Shown here: positions 29,575-40,151 of the stretch, in pieces
How the letters are laid out: every line of letters starts with the position of its first letter
Numbering within the stretch: position 1 is the stretch's first letter
Sequence record: DRR723986_4781
Length of the DNA: 61,349 bases
Reading direction: 5' to 3' (one strand)
Translations under genes and position numbers: made by a program
Notes under the pieces: model-generated
What the model was told of the DNA's origin: nothing
Seen by the model: the letters and a program-made list of their open reading frames with translations, nothing else
Database searches by the model: none

Positions 29575-31758
29575 TTAAGCACTCTCGATGGTGACAGGAA
29601 CCGCTTTGAAGGCAGGTGTTTTGGACTGCGGGTCCAACGTGCGCGGCACCAGCTCGTTTGCTTCTGGGTAATACATCAGCACATTGCCCGGCTTGATGTC
29701 TTGATAGGCTCTCGCCAAGTACCCCTTGATAGCTCCCGTATCGTTATGGATGCGGACTGGCTGGTCCGGCTCAAGCCCCAGCTTCTCGATGTCATCAGGA
29801 TGCATCAGTACCAAATCTCGCCTCTCTTGCCCTCGGTACAGGTCCTCTTCTTCGTAAACGACCGTGTTGAATTGCCCTTCGCTACGAACGGTCATCAAAC
29901 GAAACTGCCCAGAATCGGAGGCGGCAAGCTCTGGCAGGTCGTAGTCGAACATCTTTGCCTTGCCGTCTGGAGTTGGGAATTCTGGTTCGTGGAAAGTACG
30001 CCCAGGAATCTGAAACTCCTTCTTGGTCGTCCCAACATCACGAATCGGATCATAGCCCGGGACAACCTGCGAAATCCAATTTCGAATCGTGTCGGTCTGC
30101 CTCATGTCGTCCCAAGTGATCGAATCTGAATCACCAACAATCTGCGAGCCTAATTCGGCGATAACCTCAATCTCGCTGCGTGGTCCCGGCAAGCGGCTTG
30201 GGCCTCCGTCACTGACACGAACGTAGTTGAACATAGACTCCTGGGTGGTCGGCTGCGGCTCTTCATCGCGAGCCAGTACAGGCAGAATCAAGGTTTCATC
30301 AGCAAGAGCGTGCGGGTGGCCAGTATTCAGTGTCGTACTCAACGTGACCAACAACTCAAGCTTGCCAAGTGATTCTTTGGCATACTTTGCATCGGGATTC
30401 GAGCCGTACAAATTGCCGCCCAGACAAACGGCCGCCTTCACCTGTCCCGCCTTTGCTGCTTCCATACATGCCATCGTGTCCATCCCACTGGACGTCGGCA
30501 ATTGAACACCAAACTTTGCCTGTAAGCTATCGAAAATAGCATCTTTCAATTTTGGAGTTACGCCAACAGAGCCAATCCCCTGAACATTGGAATGCCCCCG
30601 GATTGGCATCAACCCGGCTCCAGGACGTCCAACCATCCCACGAAGGAGAGCTAGGTTTGTAATCGCGTTAACGTTTTCCACGCCATGCACGTGGTGCGTG
30701 ATTCCCATTGTCCAAGAAAAGATCGTGCTCTTGGATTCGGCGTATACCTTTGCTATCCCACGGATCTCCGCTTCGGCCACGCCGCTCTTAGATTCGATCT
30801 CGCCCCAAGCCTGTCCACTCAACCAGTCGAGATAACTATCAACACCACTGGCGTATCGATCTAAGAACTCCTTATCGTGCGCGCCTTCTTCAACGATCGC
30901 TTTTGCCATCCCAGTCAATAGCGCCAGGTCGCCACCGATGTGCGGCTGAACGAAGTGTGACGCAATACTGGCATCGAACAACATGCTGCGTGGATCACTG
31001 GGTATCCGAAACTTCATCATGCCCAGTTCGCGGACAGGATTGACCACCACGCACTTCCCACCTCGCCGCCGAAGGTGCGTGAGGGAGGTTAGTAGCCGCG
31101 GGTGATTGCTAGCCGGATTGCCGCCGATCACAAAAACAGTGTCCGCTTTGTCTACATCCTCCAGCGTGACCGTTGCCGTCCCGGTCCCAAGGGCTTTGTT
31201 CAGCCCGACGCCGCTGGCTTGGTGACAATAGTAACTACAGTTGTTGACGTTATTGGTCCCATAGAGTCTGGCCAACAACTGCAGCAGAAACCCCGCTTCA
31301 TTGCTACTCCTGCCACTGAAATACCAGAAGGTCTCGTCGGGCGATAACCGCTGCAATTTGGCAGCAATCATCTCAAATGCACTTTTCCAAGTGATCGTTT
31401 CAAAGTGAGTTGCACCCCGTCGGAACACAACAGGCTGAATCAGACGACCGCTTGTCTCCAACTCTCGTGGCGACCATTGCTGCAGTTGCTCGACCGAATT
31501 CTGTTGCCAGAAATCGGCGGTTATGGCCGATTGCATGTCCGAAGCCATCGCCTGGAGCGACTTCTTGCAAACCTCTGGGAACGAACCTTGCTCGTTGACC
31601 ATTCCTCCCGACTGTCCGCCCATTCCAAGTGCGCAGGTCTTGCAAGCGTTCTTGCTACGAAGCGCTTTGTAGAACTTCCAAAGCCCGCCTGCTTCGCGAG
31701 CCTTCTTGAATGTGTAGCGAATTGCCGCCCAGCCACCGCCGTTGTTTACTTTGCGCAC
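29575..31758 (-). CDS. FdhF/YdeP family molybdopterin oxidoreductase
   Basis: GGGW N-terminus, CKTCALG, SGRSSNE, NNCSYYCHQAS, PIRGHSNVQG, RSEGQFNT. Confidence 0.9.
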   Translation of the reverse strand: MRKVNNGGGWAAIRYTFKKAREAGGLWKFYKALRSKNACKTCALGMGGQSGGMVNEQGSFPEVCKKSLQAMASDMQSAITADFWQQNSVEQLQQWSPRELETSGRLIQPVVFRRGATHFETITWKSAFEMIAAKLQRLSPDETFWYFSGRSSNEAGFLLQLLARLYGTNNVNNCSYYCHQASGVGLNKALGTGTATVTLEDVDKADTVFVIGGNPASNHPRLLTSLTHLRRRGGKCVVVNPVRELGMMKFRIPSDPRSMLFDASIASHFVQPHIGGDLALLTGMAKAIVEEGAHDKEFLDRYASGVDSYLDWLSGQAWGEIESKSGVAEAEIRGIAKVYAESKSTIFSWTMGITHHVHGVENVNAITNLALLRGMVGRPGAGLMPIRGHSNVQGIGSVGVTPKLKDAIFDSLQAKFGVQLPTSSGMDTMACMEAAKAGQVKAAVCLGGNLYGSNPDAKYAKESLGKLELLVTLSTTLNTGHPHALADETLILPVLARDEEPQPTTQESMFNYVRVSDGGPSRLPGPRSEIEVIAELGSQIVGDSDSITWDDMRQTDTIRNWISQVVPGYDPIRDVGTTKKEFQIPGRTFHEPEFPTPDGKAKMFDYDLPELAASDSGQFRLMTVRSEGQFNTVVYEEEDLYRGQERRDLVLMHPDDIEKLGLEPDQPVRIHNDTGAIKGYLARAYQDIKPGNVLMYYPEANELVPRTLDPQSKTPAFKAVPVTIESA

Positions 31759-32112
31759 CGTTCACCTATCCCAATGGAGTTTAGAAGGACCTCTATTTTA
31801 GGGAGCCGAGCTGGCCATTCGATAGCCATCGGTCGTAATTCTGGGCCGATCCACACAAAACTCGACGCCGAAGCAGCGACAACTTGCGAGAAGTCTTATC
31901 TGAGCAGCGGCAGCTCTGCAGGCAAGGGTTCCTGATCGGGCCACGGACAACTACAATTCCCGCTGTAAAAGTGTCGCTGCTGACCGACTGCAGCGACGCC
32001 ATAGAATCGAACACCATTACAGTGATTCGGCGGCAGTAGCGGGAAACAACTTCACCCGCGAACTGCCGGCTAGCGATCAAATTGACCAGCAAATAGTTGA
32101 ATTGGGCAGAAG

Positions 32113-33417
32113 ATGAAAGTTCTAGTTGTTGGCAATGGCGGACGTGAGCATGCCCTGGCTTGGAAGATCTCACAGAGCTCTCGAGTTGACGAAGTCTTTG
32201 TGGCTCCGGGAAATGCTGGAACCGCGATTGACGCCAACAATGTCGCCATTGCCAGTGATGATATCCCCGGCCTGGTCAATTTCGCTAAGAGCGAAGACAT
32301 CGGAATCACCGTCATTGGCCCTGAAGCACCGCTAGCGGCAGGCGTTGTCGACGCTTTTGAATCAGAAAAACTACGCGTCTTTGGCCCCTCGCGAGCGGCC
32401 GCACAGTTGGAAAGCAGCAAGGCTTTCTGCAAGAATCTACTTCGCCAAGCTGACGTGCCGACCGCAGACTTTCAAGTCTTCCGTGATCCAGATGACGCGA
32501 TGCGATTCATCAAGGGCCGCTACCCGGGTGAACGAGACCGCTGCCCTGTCGTCGTTAAAGCGGACGGTTTGGCGGCCGGCAAAGGCGTGATCGTGTGCAA
32601 CCGCCGCGATGATGCACTGGATGCCATCGATCGCATCGCTCGCCGAAAAGAGTTTGGCGCCGCTGGCACGCAAATGATCATCGAAGAACGCCTTGAAGGT
32701 GACGAAGCAAGCGTGCTGGCCATCACCGATGGTCGAACGATTGTTCCGCTCCCGCCCGCACAAGATCACAAGCCGGCCTTTGATGGAGACAAAGGGCCGA
32801 ACACCGGTGGCATGGGAGCCTACAGCCCAACACCTTTGGTTGATGACGCCCTGCTCGCCTGGATCGAGGAAAATGTGCTCGTTCCAACCGTGCATACCAT
32901 GAAGCGCAATCGAAAACCATTTCGCGGCGTCCTGTACGCTGGCCTGATGATAACACCGGCTGGCCCCAAAGTCCTCGAATACAATTGCCGGTTTGGTGAT
33001 CCAGAATGCCAACCTCTTCTGATGCGTCTAAAGAGCGACTTGATGGACATCATTGAGGGTACCGTGGACGGGACGCTTGATCAAATAGATCCCCCGGAGT
33101 GGGACAATCGCCCAGGTTGCTGCGTGGTGATGGCGAGCCAGGGCTACCCTGGTGACTACGAGAAAGGTCGCCCCATCACCGGCATCGACGCTGCGGACCA
33201 ACTGGAAGACGTAAAAGTGTTCCACGCTGGCACAAAGCTTGTTGGCAACGACGTGATGAATGACGGCGGCCGCGTTCTCGGTGTCACAGCGCTGGGAGAC
33301 ACCGTCTCGAAAGCCAAACTGCAAGCTTACACAGCAGTCCAGAAAATCCGCTGGTCAGGTGCATGGTGCCGCAAAGACATCAGTGACAAAGCACTCACTT
33401 ACACCGAATCGGAATAG
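32113..33417 (+). CDS. purD: Phosphoribosylamine-glycine ligase
   Basis: GNGGREHAL, APGNAG, KADGLAAGKGV, GPNTGGMG, RFGDPE. Confidence 0.98.
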   Translation: MKVLVVGNGGREHALAWKISQSSRVDEVFVAPGNAGTAIDANNVAIASDDIPGLVNFAKSEDIGITVIGPEAPLAAGVVDAFESEKLRVFGPSRAAAQLESSKAFCKNLLRQADVPTADFQVFRDPDDAMRFIKGRYPGERDRCPVVVKADGLAAGKGVIVCNRRDDALDAIDRIARRKEFGAAGTQMIIEERLEGDEASVLAITDGRTIVPLPPAQDHKPAFDGDKGPNTGGMGAYSPTPLVDDALLAWIEENVLVPTVHTMKRNRKPFRGVLYAGLMITPAGPKVLEYNCRFGDPECQPLLMRLKSDLMDIIEGTVDGTLDQIDPPEWDNRPGCCVVMASQGYPGDYEKGRPITGIDAADQLEDVKVFHAGTKLVGNDVMNDGGRVLGVTALGDTVSKAKLQAYTAVQKIRWSGAWCRKDISDKALTYTESE

Positions 33418-33485
33418 CACCGACAACAGATGGCTCTCGACCGCTGCACATCCTAGAGTAACTTCGGCGGTCGAGTTTGGCGTTC

Positions 33486-35780
33486 TCAATTCCGCCGAAA
33501 GATATGCAGCCGCGAGGGGCTGGCCATCAACAACAGCCGGTCGTTGACTATCAAGTTTCCGCCTGCTAAGCCACGATTTCCTGTAGCAATTCGTGCTATC
33601 GGCTCAGGAATGCGAGCTGGCCTGTCGGACTCTAGCGAATCTAAATCGCTGCCCTTTTCGTCGAGCCCGATGTCAGCCTGAGCAGCAAAGACTAGGATCT
33701 CTTGCGAAGCTGGATAGAAGATCCGACTTCCGTTCAAAGCGGGCTGGCCAAGGGAACGGCCCGGCGGCAACGCCGTCAATCGCCCGGGCGTCTTCGCTCC
33801 AGGAAAAACGGCTTGGACGCGTCCTGTCCACCGATTCACCCAGCACAGCCGATCTCCGCTGTAAATAATTGAATCGCCTTCGATTCCAACAAGAGTCTTG
33901 ATGTCGGGCAACTCGCTTGCTGCCGTCGACCAAACCAGATCACCACTCGTAACGTCGAGTGCGAAGATCTCACCACAGTCGCTTGGCGCGCAGAACAGAA
34001 TGCCATCCTTCACATGGCAGCCAGCCTCGCGATAGAGAAACCGCAACGGCCTTTCACGATCGCCGCCCGGCAAAGCCATCGACGGCGACGCATACTGCAC
34101 AACCCACTGCAACGAGCCGTCGACGGGATTCAAACAACAAACCGTTCCGAGGTTGGTACTGTAGAAAAGTAGACCTCCAGCGACGTGCAACTGCTGAAAA
34201 CCAATGTGGCTAGCCCTCTCGGTTCCGGGAATGATCCCCTGCCCCAAGATTTGACTCTGCCACCGAAGCCGCCCACTATAGCGGTCAAGCGCAACCACCC
34301 TTCGGCTGACCCCAACGTTGGACCGTTCCACAATCGGCAGCATAACCAGGTCATCGAAAACGACTGGCGGCCCCTCGAATTCCGTCCTTTCGCGATCACC
34401 ATCGATCGGAAGATCACCGCTTGCGATAGAGAACAACTGCCGCGGAGCGGAACTATCCGCCACATCGAGAGCAACCAATTGCGTTCGTGGCAAGCGCTGG
34501 GACAGCAGGTCCTCATCGATCCGCGAAGTCACTATGCCACCAATTCTGGCGTAGATCACGGGCGGTTCGATAGTCAGCCCGACGCGAGGCGTTCCAACCA
34601 CTGGGTATTTCGCATCCGCAACACCCTCTGGCGACACTCGGCTGTCGTAGACAACTTGCTGCGACTTTTCTGTGACTGCACCTTGCAATGAGTATCGGCT
34701 GATTCGAGTGATTTCATTGACCCACACACTTTCGCCAAACACAACCGGGTGGTAGGGCAGAGCTGCACCGCCACGCTGCCCCATCCTCGGCCTACTTGCC
34801 GGTGATTTCTCAGCCGTCGACCACATTGGTCTGAGCTGTTCACTTCGGTCTGGCCACCGAAAATCAGTTTCGGCCGGCGCATCGGTTGAAGTCTGTGACC
34901 CGGCAGCAAGCTCGCCGCAACATTCCATGCGGTAGGCAACTTGTTCGCTCAAGCCTGAATTTGCACTGTCTAGAGCCTTTGCCCATTGAACATCGTTGCT
35001 GGTAACTTTACTACTGGCGATACCAAGAGAAGCCAGCAGCTTGGGCACCAAGAGCTGATGCAGCGAGTGATTCACCAGGAAAACTGGATCACCGTCCGCT
35101 TCTGTTCGATTGGCCGTATTAATCTCAGGCAATACGTACCGCATCTCGGGTGCGATACGATCAAGGTACTGCATCGCAATTAGCGGCTGACCAGCTTCGA
35201 GTGCGGCATCCGCCGCGAGCAGGCTGTGTCGAAAGCCACCAGCCAAACCACCAAAACGTGCGACATCAAAACGCAACTGTGCAGCGTTCCGCCTTCTAGC
35301 CTGAGCACGGAGGTTCGTGGCCGAACGACGCGAAAGGTCCTGAGCAACTTGCCCCACCTGATCACCACCTCCGGCCAGGCAACGAGCTAGACTGGTCGCG
35401 AAAACCGCATCGATCGGCACATAACGTTGCACCGATAGGGTACTCGCCAACTGCGGCCGACCAGCTTTGACGACAGGCAATTCAGTAACAGGGAAAGCAT
35501 CAAGGCTGTCCAGCCGATTCAGAATGGCTCCCGCCGCCTCAACATAGGCACCAGCTTTGCGGAGCTGCTCAACTTGTTCAATCAACAGAAACTCATCGCC
35601 GGATGCTTCGCAAGCTATTTGTGAAAAGCTGCTGCTCACTGACTGAGCGTCCGCACGATCCCCAGGTAGCAACGAGCTGCATACGAGAGTGCAGGCAAGT
35701 ATCGCTGCACAGCCCCTCGCCAAAGCCAGCTCACATCGCACCACAGCCTTCACCGGAACCCATCGCAGCCGCTTAATCAT
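33486..35780 (-). CDS. Secreted PQQ-like beta-propeller repeat protein
   Basis: Hydrophobic N-terminus; ALDRYSGRLRW, CLNPVDGSLQW, ALDVTSGDLVW blades; start uncertain. Confidence 0.7.
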   Translation of the reverse strand: MIKRLRWVPVKAVVRCELALARGCAAILACTLVCSSLLPGDRADAQSVSSSFSQIACEASGDEFLLIEQVEQLRKAGAYVEAAGAILNRLDSLDAFPVTELPVVKAGRPQLASTLSVQRYVPIDAVFATSLARCLAGGGDQVGQVAQDLSRRSATNLRAQARRRNAAQLRFDVARFGGLAGGFRHSLLAADAALEAGQPLIAMQYLDRIAPEMRYVLPEINTANRTEADGDPVFLVNHSLHQLLVPKLLASLGIASSKVTSNDVQWAKALDSANSGLSEQVAYRMECCGELAAGSQTSTDAPAETDFRWPDRSEQLRPMWSTAEKSPASRPRMGQRGGAALPYHPVVFGESVWVNEITRISRYSLQGAVTEKSQQVVYDSRVSPEGVADAKYPVVGTPRVGLTIEPPVIYARIGGIVTSRIDEDLLSQRLPRTQLVALDVADSSAPRQLFSIASGDLPIDGDRERTEFEGPPVVFDDLVMLPIVERSNVGVSRRVVALDRYSGRLRWQSQILGQGIIPGTERASHIGFQQLHVAGGLLFYSTNLGTVCCLNPVDGSLQWVVQYASPSMALPGGDRERPLRFLYREAGCHVKDGILFCAPSDCGEIFALDVTSGDLVWSTAASELPDIKTLVGIEGDSIIYSGDRLCWVNRWTGRVQAVFPGAKTPGRLTALPPGRSLGQPALNGSRIFYPASQEILVFAAQADIGLDEKGSDLDSLESDRPARIPEPIARIATGNRGLAGGNLIVNDRLLLMASPSRLHIFRRN

Positions 35781-35791
35781 AGCGCCCGCGC

Positions 35792-36241
35792 TCAAGCCGC
35801 TTGCTCCGCAGGCACGTAAATCTGGTACAGCATCAGGTAGACAATGATACCGGTCACAGATACGTACAACCAAATTGGCCACGCGTACTTGGCAATTTTT
35901 CGGTGAGCTTCGACACGTCCCTTTAGCCCTAAGTAAATCGCCCGCAGCGTCAAGAATGGCACGGTCACAGCCAGCAGAATATGACTTAGCAGCAGGCCAT
36001 AGTAGAAATAGCGAACGCCGGCAGGTGCGACAGATTCGTCCGTTGGAAACGGCTTGGATGGCACATTGAAGTGATAGATCAGATAACAAATCAAGAAAGC
36101 GGTACTCACACCGAAGGTCGCTAACATAATGTTTCGGTGCGCCTTCACTTTGCCTTTCTTGATTAGGATGAACCCAACGATCAACAACAGTGTTGCAAGG
36201 CCATTCAAGGAGACGTTTACATGGGGAAGCAAATGAACCAC
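35792..36241 (-). CDS. DUF420 family membrane protein (oxidase assembly associated)
   Basis: LPHVNVSLNG, AHRNIM, SHILLA, HRKIA..AWPIWLYVSVTG. Confidence 0.9.
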   Translation of the reverse strand: MVHLLPHVNVSLNGLATLLLIVGFILIKKGKVKAHRNIMLATFGVSTAFLICYLIYHFNVPSKPFPTDESVAPAGVRYFYYGLLLSHILLAVTVPFLTLRAIYLGLKGRVEAHRKIAKYAWPIWLYVSVTGIIVYLMLYQIYVPAEQAA

Positions 36242-36297
36242 GGTGTCGTACTCAGCAAGCTAGAGCTAAAAGAATCTTCGATTCGGCGAGAAACAGT

Positions 36298-37044
36298 TTA
36301 AGAACCGGACTTATTCGGGAAGACTCCGCCAACGGAAAGCAGGTCTTGAATATCGGACTGGAGCATCTGCCACTGCTCAGGTTCACCCCAAGCGTAAAAG
36401 CCCACAATGTCTCCTTCGGCATCAACGAGGACGAACTTCTCAGCGTGCCCGCGACGCTCCACTGCAAGGCTGTACATTTCTCCACCGACACGGCGAATAT
36501 GGTCCATCTCACCGGTGAGGAATAACCACTGTGATTCGTCAGCGTCAAATTTGCGGGCGTATTTGGTCAATTGAGCGGGCGTGTCTATTTCGGGATCGCA
36601 AGAAATGCTCAGAAACCGGATGTCTTCGCCACGAAACTTGCCTTGCAATTGCTGAATCTTTTGATTTTGCTTCAAACAAATGGTTGGACATAGAGAGAAG
36701 AAAAACCCGACGACATACGGCTGCCCCTTAAGCTGCTCACTTTCGAATGGCTCGCCGGATCGTTCAATAAGATCAAAGCTACGCGTCCATTCTTCGTTGC
36801 TAAGTCCTTGTTCTTCAGCCTGACGACGCATTGCGTTGTACTGCGAGATATCCCGACTAGCAAACTCTTCGCTGACGGCGCGAACGGGCTTCTCATTGGC
36901 ATCAACGGGCACCAATTCGCCATCGTCGTTCTCCGTAAATGCCATCCCAGCTTGGCCGGGATCCGCCTGCTTCCCCTTCGGTAACGTCAGGTAGAAAATG
37001 CCCGCGGCTGCAATGACAATCAAGACTGGAATAACTGGTTTCAT
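36298..37044 (-). CDS. SCO1/SenC copper chaperone
   Basis: CPTIC (CxxxC), ISCDPEIDT, WLFLTG, conserved His. Confidence 0.92.
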   Translation of the reverse strand: MKPVIPVLIVIAAAGIFYLTLPKGKQADPGQAGMAFTENDDGELVPVDANEKPVRAVSEEFASRDISQYNAMRRQAEEQGLSNEEWTRSFDLIERSGEPFESEQLKGQPYVVGFFFSLCPTICLKQNQKIQQLQGKFRGEDIRFLSISCDPEIDTPAQLTKYARKFDADESQWLFLTGEMDHIRRVGGEMYSLAVERRGHAEKFVLVDAEGDIVGFYAWGEPEQWQMLQSDIQDLLSVGGVFPNKSGS

Positions 37045-37211
37045 CGCAATTCTCGTTCGTTGTTCGCTTCTGAAACGTTCAAAGCACTGCTAAGGCACGT
37101 GCCGCAAAATCACCTAACCATTGTATGCACAGCTATCGGTGTTTCGACCGCAATTCGCGGATCATCCACCACGGATATAAATCGCAGTGCATCAACCTCC
37201 ACAGACACCCA

Positions 37212-37862
37212 TTACCTTGGCACCATGACCCCATACTCGGACAATTGGTTAGCAAGTTCCTCTGCGGCCTGAAAATGGATTGCTCGCATGCCTAATTCTC
37301 TCGACGCACTGACGTTCCTAGCATTGTCATCGATGAACAAGGCTTTCGTTGGGTCGATCTTGTAGCGGTCAAAAAGGATATGGAAGAAATCTGCAAATGG
37401 CTTGCGAGTCTTCTCGACACCTGAGACGACGATCCCGTCGAACCACTCGAAGAAATCATACCGGGCCTCGGCAATCGGAAACGTCTCAGCCGACCAGTTC
37501 GTTAGCGCATAGAACCGATAGTCACTCTGCCGCAATTGCGCGAAAACGTCGACCGTCGGCTCAATCGCACCGCCGAGCATTTTCTCCCATTGGCCGTAGA
37601 ACGCTCGAATCTCGCTTTCCCAGTCGGGAAACTTCGCAACTCTTTCCTCTGTGGCTTCCGCTAGCAGACGCCCGGCATCCTGCATTTCGTTCCAATCGTG
37701 CGTGCAAATGTGTTCGTAAAAGTAGGCCTTACGTTCAGGCTGGCTAGCGAACACTTCATCGAACACATAATCAGGATTCCAGTCCACCAAAACTCCTCCA
37801 AGATCGAACACAATCGTGTCGACAGGGGCAACGGATCCTGAGTTGGAACTACTGTCTTGCAT
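37212..37862 (-). CDS. HAD family phosphatase
   Basis: FDLGGVL, LTNW, KP, FIDD. Confidence 0.9.
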   Translation of the reverse strand: MQDSSSNSGSVAPVDTIVFDLGGVLVDWNPDYVFDEVFASQPERKAYFYEHICTHDWNEMQDAGRLLAEATEERVAKFPDWESEIRAFYGQWEKMLGGAIEPTVDVFAQLRQSDYRFYALTNWSAETFPIAEARYDFFEWFDGIVVSGVEKTRKPFADFFHILFDRYKIDPTKALFIDDNARNVSASRELGMRAIHFQAAEELANQLSEYGVMVPR

Positions 37863-37870
37863 CGGACACT

Positions 37871-39073
37871 TCAGACTAAATAGAGGAACATGTACCAAAC
37901 GGCGTAGGCCACGGTGAGCAGCCCCCAGAGATGCCGAAGTCGCCCAAGAGACTCATCCGATGAGCGTGGGTTGCCGATGATATTCTTCACAAGCAAGGCT
38001 GCACCGAGAAACACGTGCACCAGAAGACTACTGGTTGCCAGCAGAAACACCAGCGACCACGCGACGCCTCCGGGAACCGCCACTGGCAGTCGCAACCACG
38101 GAAACTGCGCGTTCAACCCTGCAGAATTTCCGGCTTCCAAGTACGCCAGGCGTGCTTTGCCTGCCGCCATGCTACTCGACACCTCTAACAGCTCTTGCTG
38201 TACGTCGGTAAGTTTCTGTGTGACATCGCTTAGTTTCTCCGCGAATCCGTCGGGCTCACCAGTAGTTTCAATGGCGGGATCTTTTTCTGACTTCGCCGCA
38301 CCAGACCGCAACCGGAACATCTCTTGAGTCGCTGCAGCTTCCTCTTCCTTGAGTTCGACGCTGCGACGTTCTAGCTTAACCGCCGATGCTTCCAACTGTT
38401 TGACCTCCGCCGCACGAAACACCTGAGCATTTGAACCATACGCTGCCACGGGGTGAATATCATCCGCCAGAGACCGAATGGCCTGCCGAGCCGTTTCTTG
38501 GTCCGCACCACGCCCTACCAATTCGCCCGTCCACAGCGCTCCCGAATTCAAGACGCGTTCAATCACGACGCCTCGATCCTGGCGTTGCTCGGAAGTCAGA
38601 GCCCCATCATCACTCAGGATCTGGTCATTCAAGACCTTCAAACGACGAGTCACGGAACTCAAGTAGTGCGTATCCGTTTTGCCGTGCAAGCCGGATGGGT
38701 ATGGCAACAAATTGTTCTGGCAGAGCACCCAATACTGACGCACTGAACATCCAATCGAAACAACGCCCAACAGGAACGCTACAGCCAGACATTGAGTCAC
38801 GCCGGGATCATTGCGCGAGCAAACCCGACGCGCTTGACCAACGGCGTACCACGCAACCGCCACCACAAGAAGATTGAACAGTGCAACTCGCACGTCTAAT
38901 CGCATGTCGCCGGAACTTGGCCAGCCACCTACGTGAAAGCAAAATCGATACAGGAAGCTGCCGCCAAGTAACAAGGCGAAGAAGAGTGCGTCTTTAATCA
39001 GGAACGACCGTGACAGCCCCCGACGTGCGTGCTCAGCGGCGCGCTGTTGATGTTCGGTTTCAGGTGACATCAC
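37871..39073 (-). CDS. Divergent cytochrome c oxidase subunit III-like membrane protein with coiled-coil insertion
   Basis: FLIKDALFF and C-terminal PGG..W...FL.T....HV..G...W...FLYL resemble COX3; located in the oxidase assembly cluster. Confidence 0.55.
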   Translation of the reverse strand: MMSPETEHQQRAAEHARRGLSRSFLIKDALFFALLLGGSFLYRFCFHVGGWPSSGDMRLDVRVALFNLLVVAVAWYAVGQARRVCSRNDPGVTQCLAVAFLLGVVSIGCSVRQYWVLCQNNLLPYPSGLHGKTDTHYLSSVTRRLKVLNDQILSDDGALTSEQRQDRGVVIERVLNSGALWTGELVGRGADQETARQAIRSLADDIHPVAAYGSNAQVFRAAEVKQLEASAVKLERRSVELKEEEAAATQEMFRLRSGAAKSEKDPAIETTGEPDGFAEKLSDVTQKLTDVQQELLEVSSSMAAGKARLAYLEAGNSAGLNAQFPWLRLPVAVPGGVAWSLVFLLATSSLLVHVFLGAALLVKNIIGNPRSSDESLGRLRHLWGLLTVAYAVWYMFLYLV

Positions 39074-39088
39074 CGACAGAGACGTTTC

Positions 39089-40021
39089 TTAAACGAAACA
39101 GTGTGACAGCAACACAAGCAGCATTGTCAGCGGCAAATGCAGCAAACTAACACGCAACATCTTGCGGGCCGAAGCATGCTCTGGGGCTCGAACAAACTGG
39201 ATCGACACGACCAACATCCAGACCGAAACCGCGACGGCCATAGCACACAGAAGCATACCGACGATGCCAACCGGCGGCACCGCCATAACAACAAGTGCAA
39301 TCAATGCGATGCTGCCGAGAATCGCATGCAAGCCAGCTCCCCAGCCGCTCTTGTCGGTCACGGTGATCATCTTGTACCCAGCCGCTTCGTATTGCTCACG
39401 ATACATGTATGCAATAGCCATGAAGTGTGGAAGCTGCCACGCAACGACAACTCCCAGCAAGACCCAAGCATCAACGTCCATCAGGGAACCTTCGGCGGCA
39501 GCCCAACCCATCCAAACCGGAAGAGCTCCAGGCAGCGTGCCGACAAGCGTGTTCGTCCAGCTAACCATTTTCAGAGGCGTGTACACCCAGACGTAAAGTG
39601 CCCAGGTTGCAAACCCGCACCAGAACGTTGGCATGTTGACGAAGTAAGCGAGGTAGGCCAAACCGGCGATCAACAGCACCCAACCCATCCAGGCTGCTTG
39701 GCTGCTGGCGACCCGACCAGCCGGCAACGGCCGACCACAGGTCCGCTTCATCACACCATCACGATCACGCTCGATCCACTGATTCATGACGCTGGCACTG
39801 GCTGCAACCAACACTGTGCCAAGTGACGCATGAAGCACGGCCATTAAACCGACCGAAGCTCCAGCGGCGACCATCCCAATCACGACTGTGACAAGGATCA
39901 TCATCAAGATTCGCGGCTTGGTCAGTTCGATGTAATACGACAACCGTTGCCGACGCGCTGCCCAAGGCATGGTCGCCGCAACTGCCGAAGTCTGATTGCC
40001 GGGTTCTTTTGCAGGTTTCAC
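39089..40021 (-). CDS. ctaB: Protoheme IX farnesyltransferase (heme O synthase)
   Basis: ELTKPRI, NQWIERDRD..M.RT..RPLP.GR, YTPLK, GALP, WQLPHF. Confidence 0.95.
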   Translation of the reverse strand: MKPAKEPGNQTSAVAATMPWAARRQRLSYYIELTKPRILMMILVTVVIGMVAAGASVGLMAVLHASLGTVLVAASASVMNQWIERDRDGVMKRTCGRPLPAGRVASSQAAWMGWVLLIAGLAYLAYFVNMPTFWCGFATWALYVWVYTPLKMVSWTNTLVGTLPGALPVWMGWAAAEGSLMDVDAWVLLGVVVAWQLPHFMAIAYMYREQYEAAGYKMITVTDKSGWGAGLHAILGSIALIALVVMAVPPVGIVGMLLCAMAVAVSVWMLVVSIQFVRAPEHASARKMLRVSLLHLPLTMLLVLLSHCFV

Positions 40022-40151
40022 GTTTTGATTCTCACCTTGTACTCAACCCAATTAACGGGCAACCGACACCTCTTCGCCCCGCAGCCAGCCCTTTGCAGCC
40101 TAGCTTGGAAAGGTGTCGTTTTAGCAGCCTGCAACCCTGCAGAAAAATCCC

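Noticed and set aside
29575..31758. Selenocysteine formate dehydrogenase
   Set aside because: No in-frame TGA; the motifs fit the Cys-containing YdeP-like subgroup
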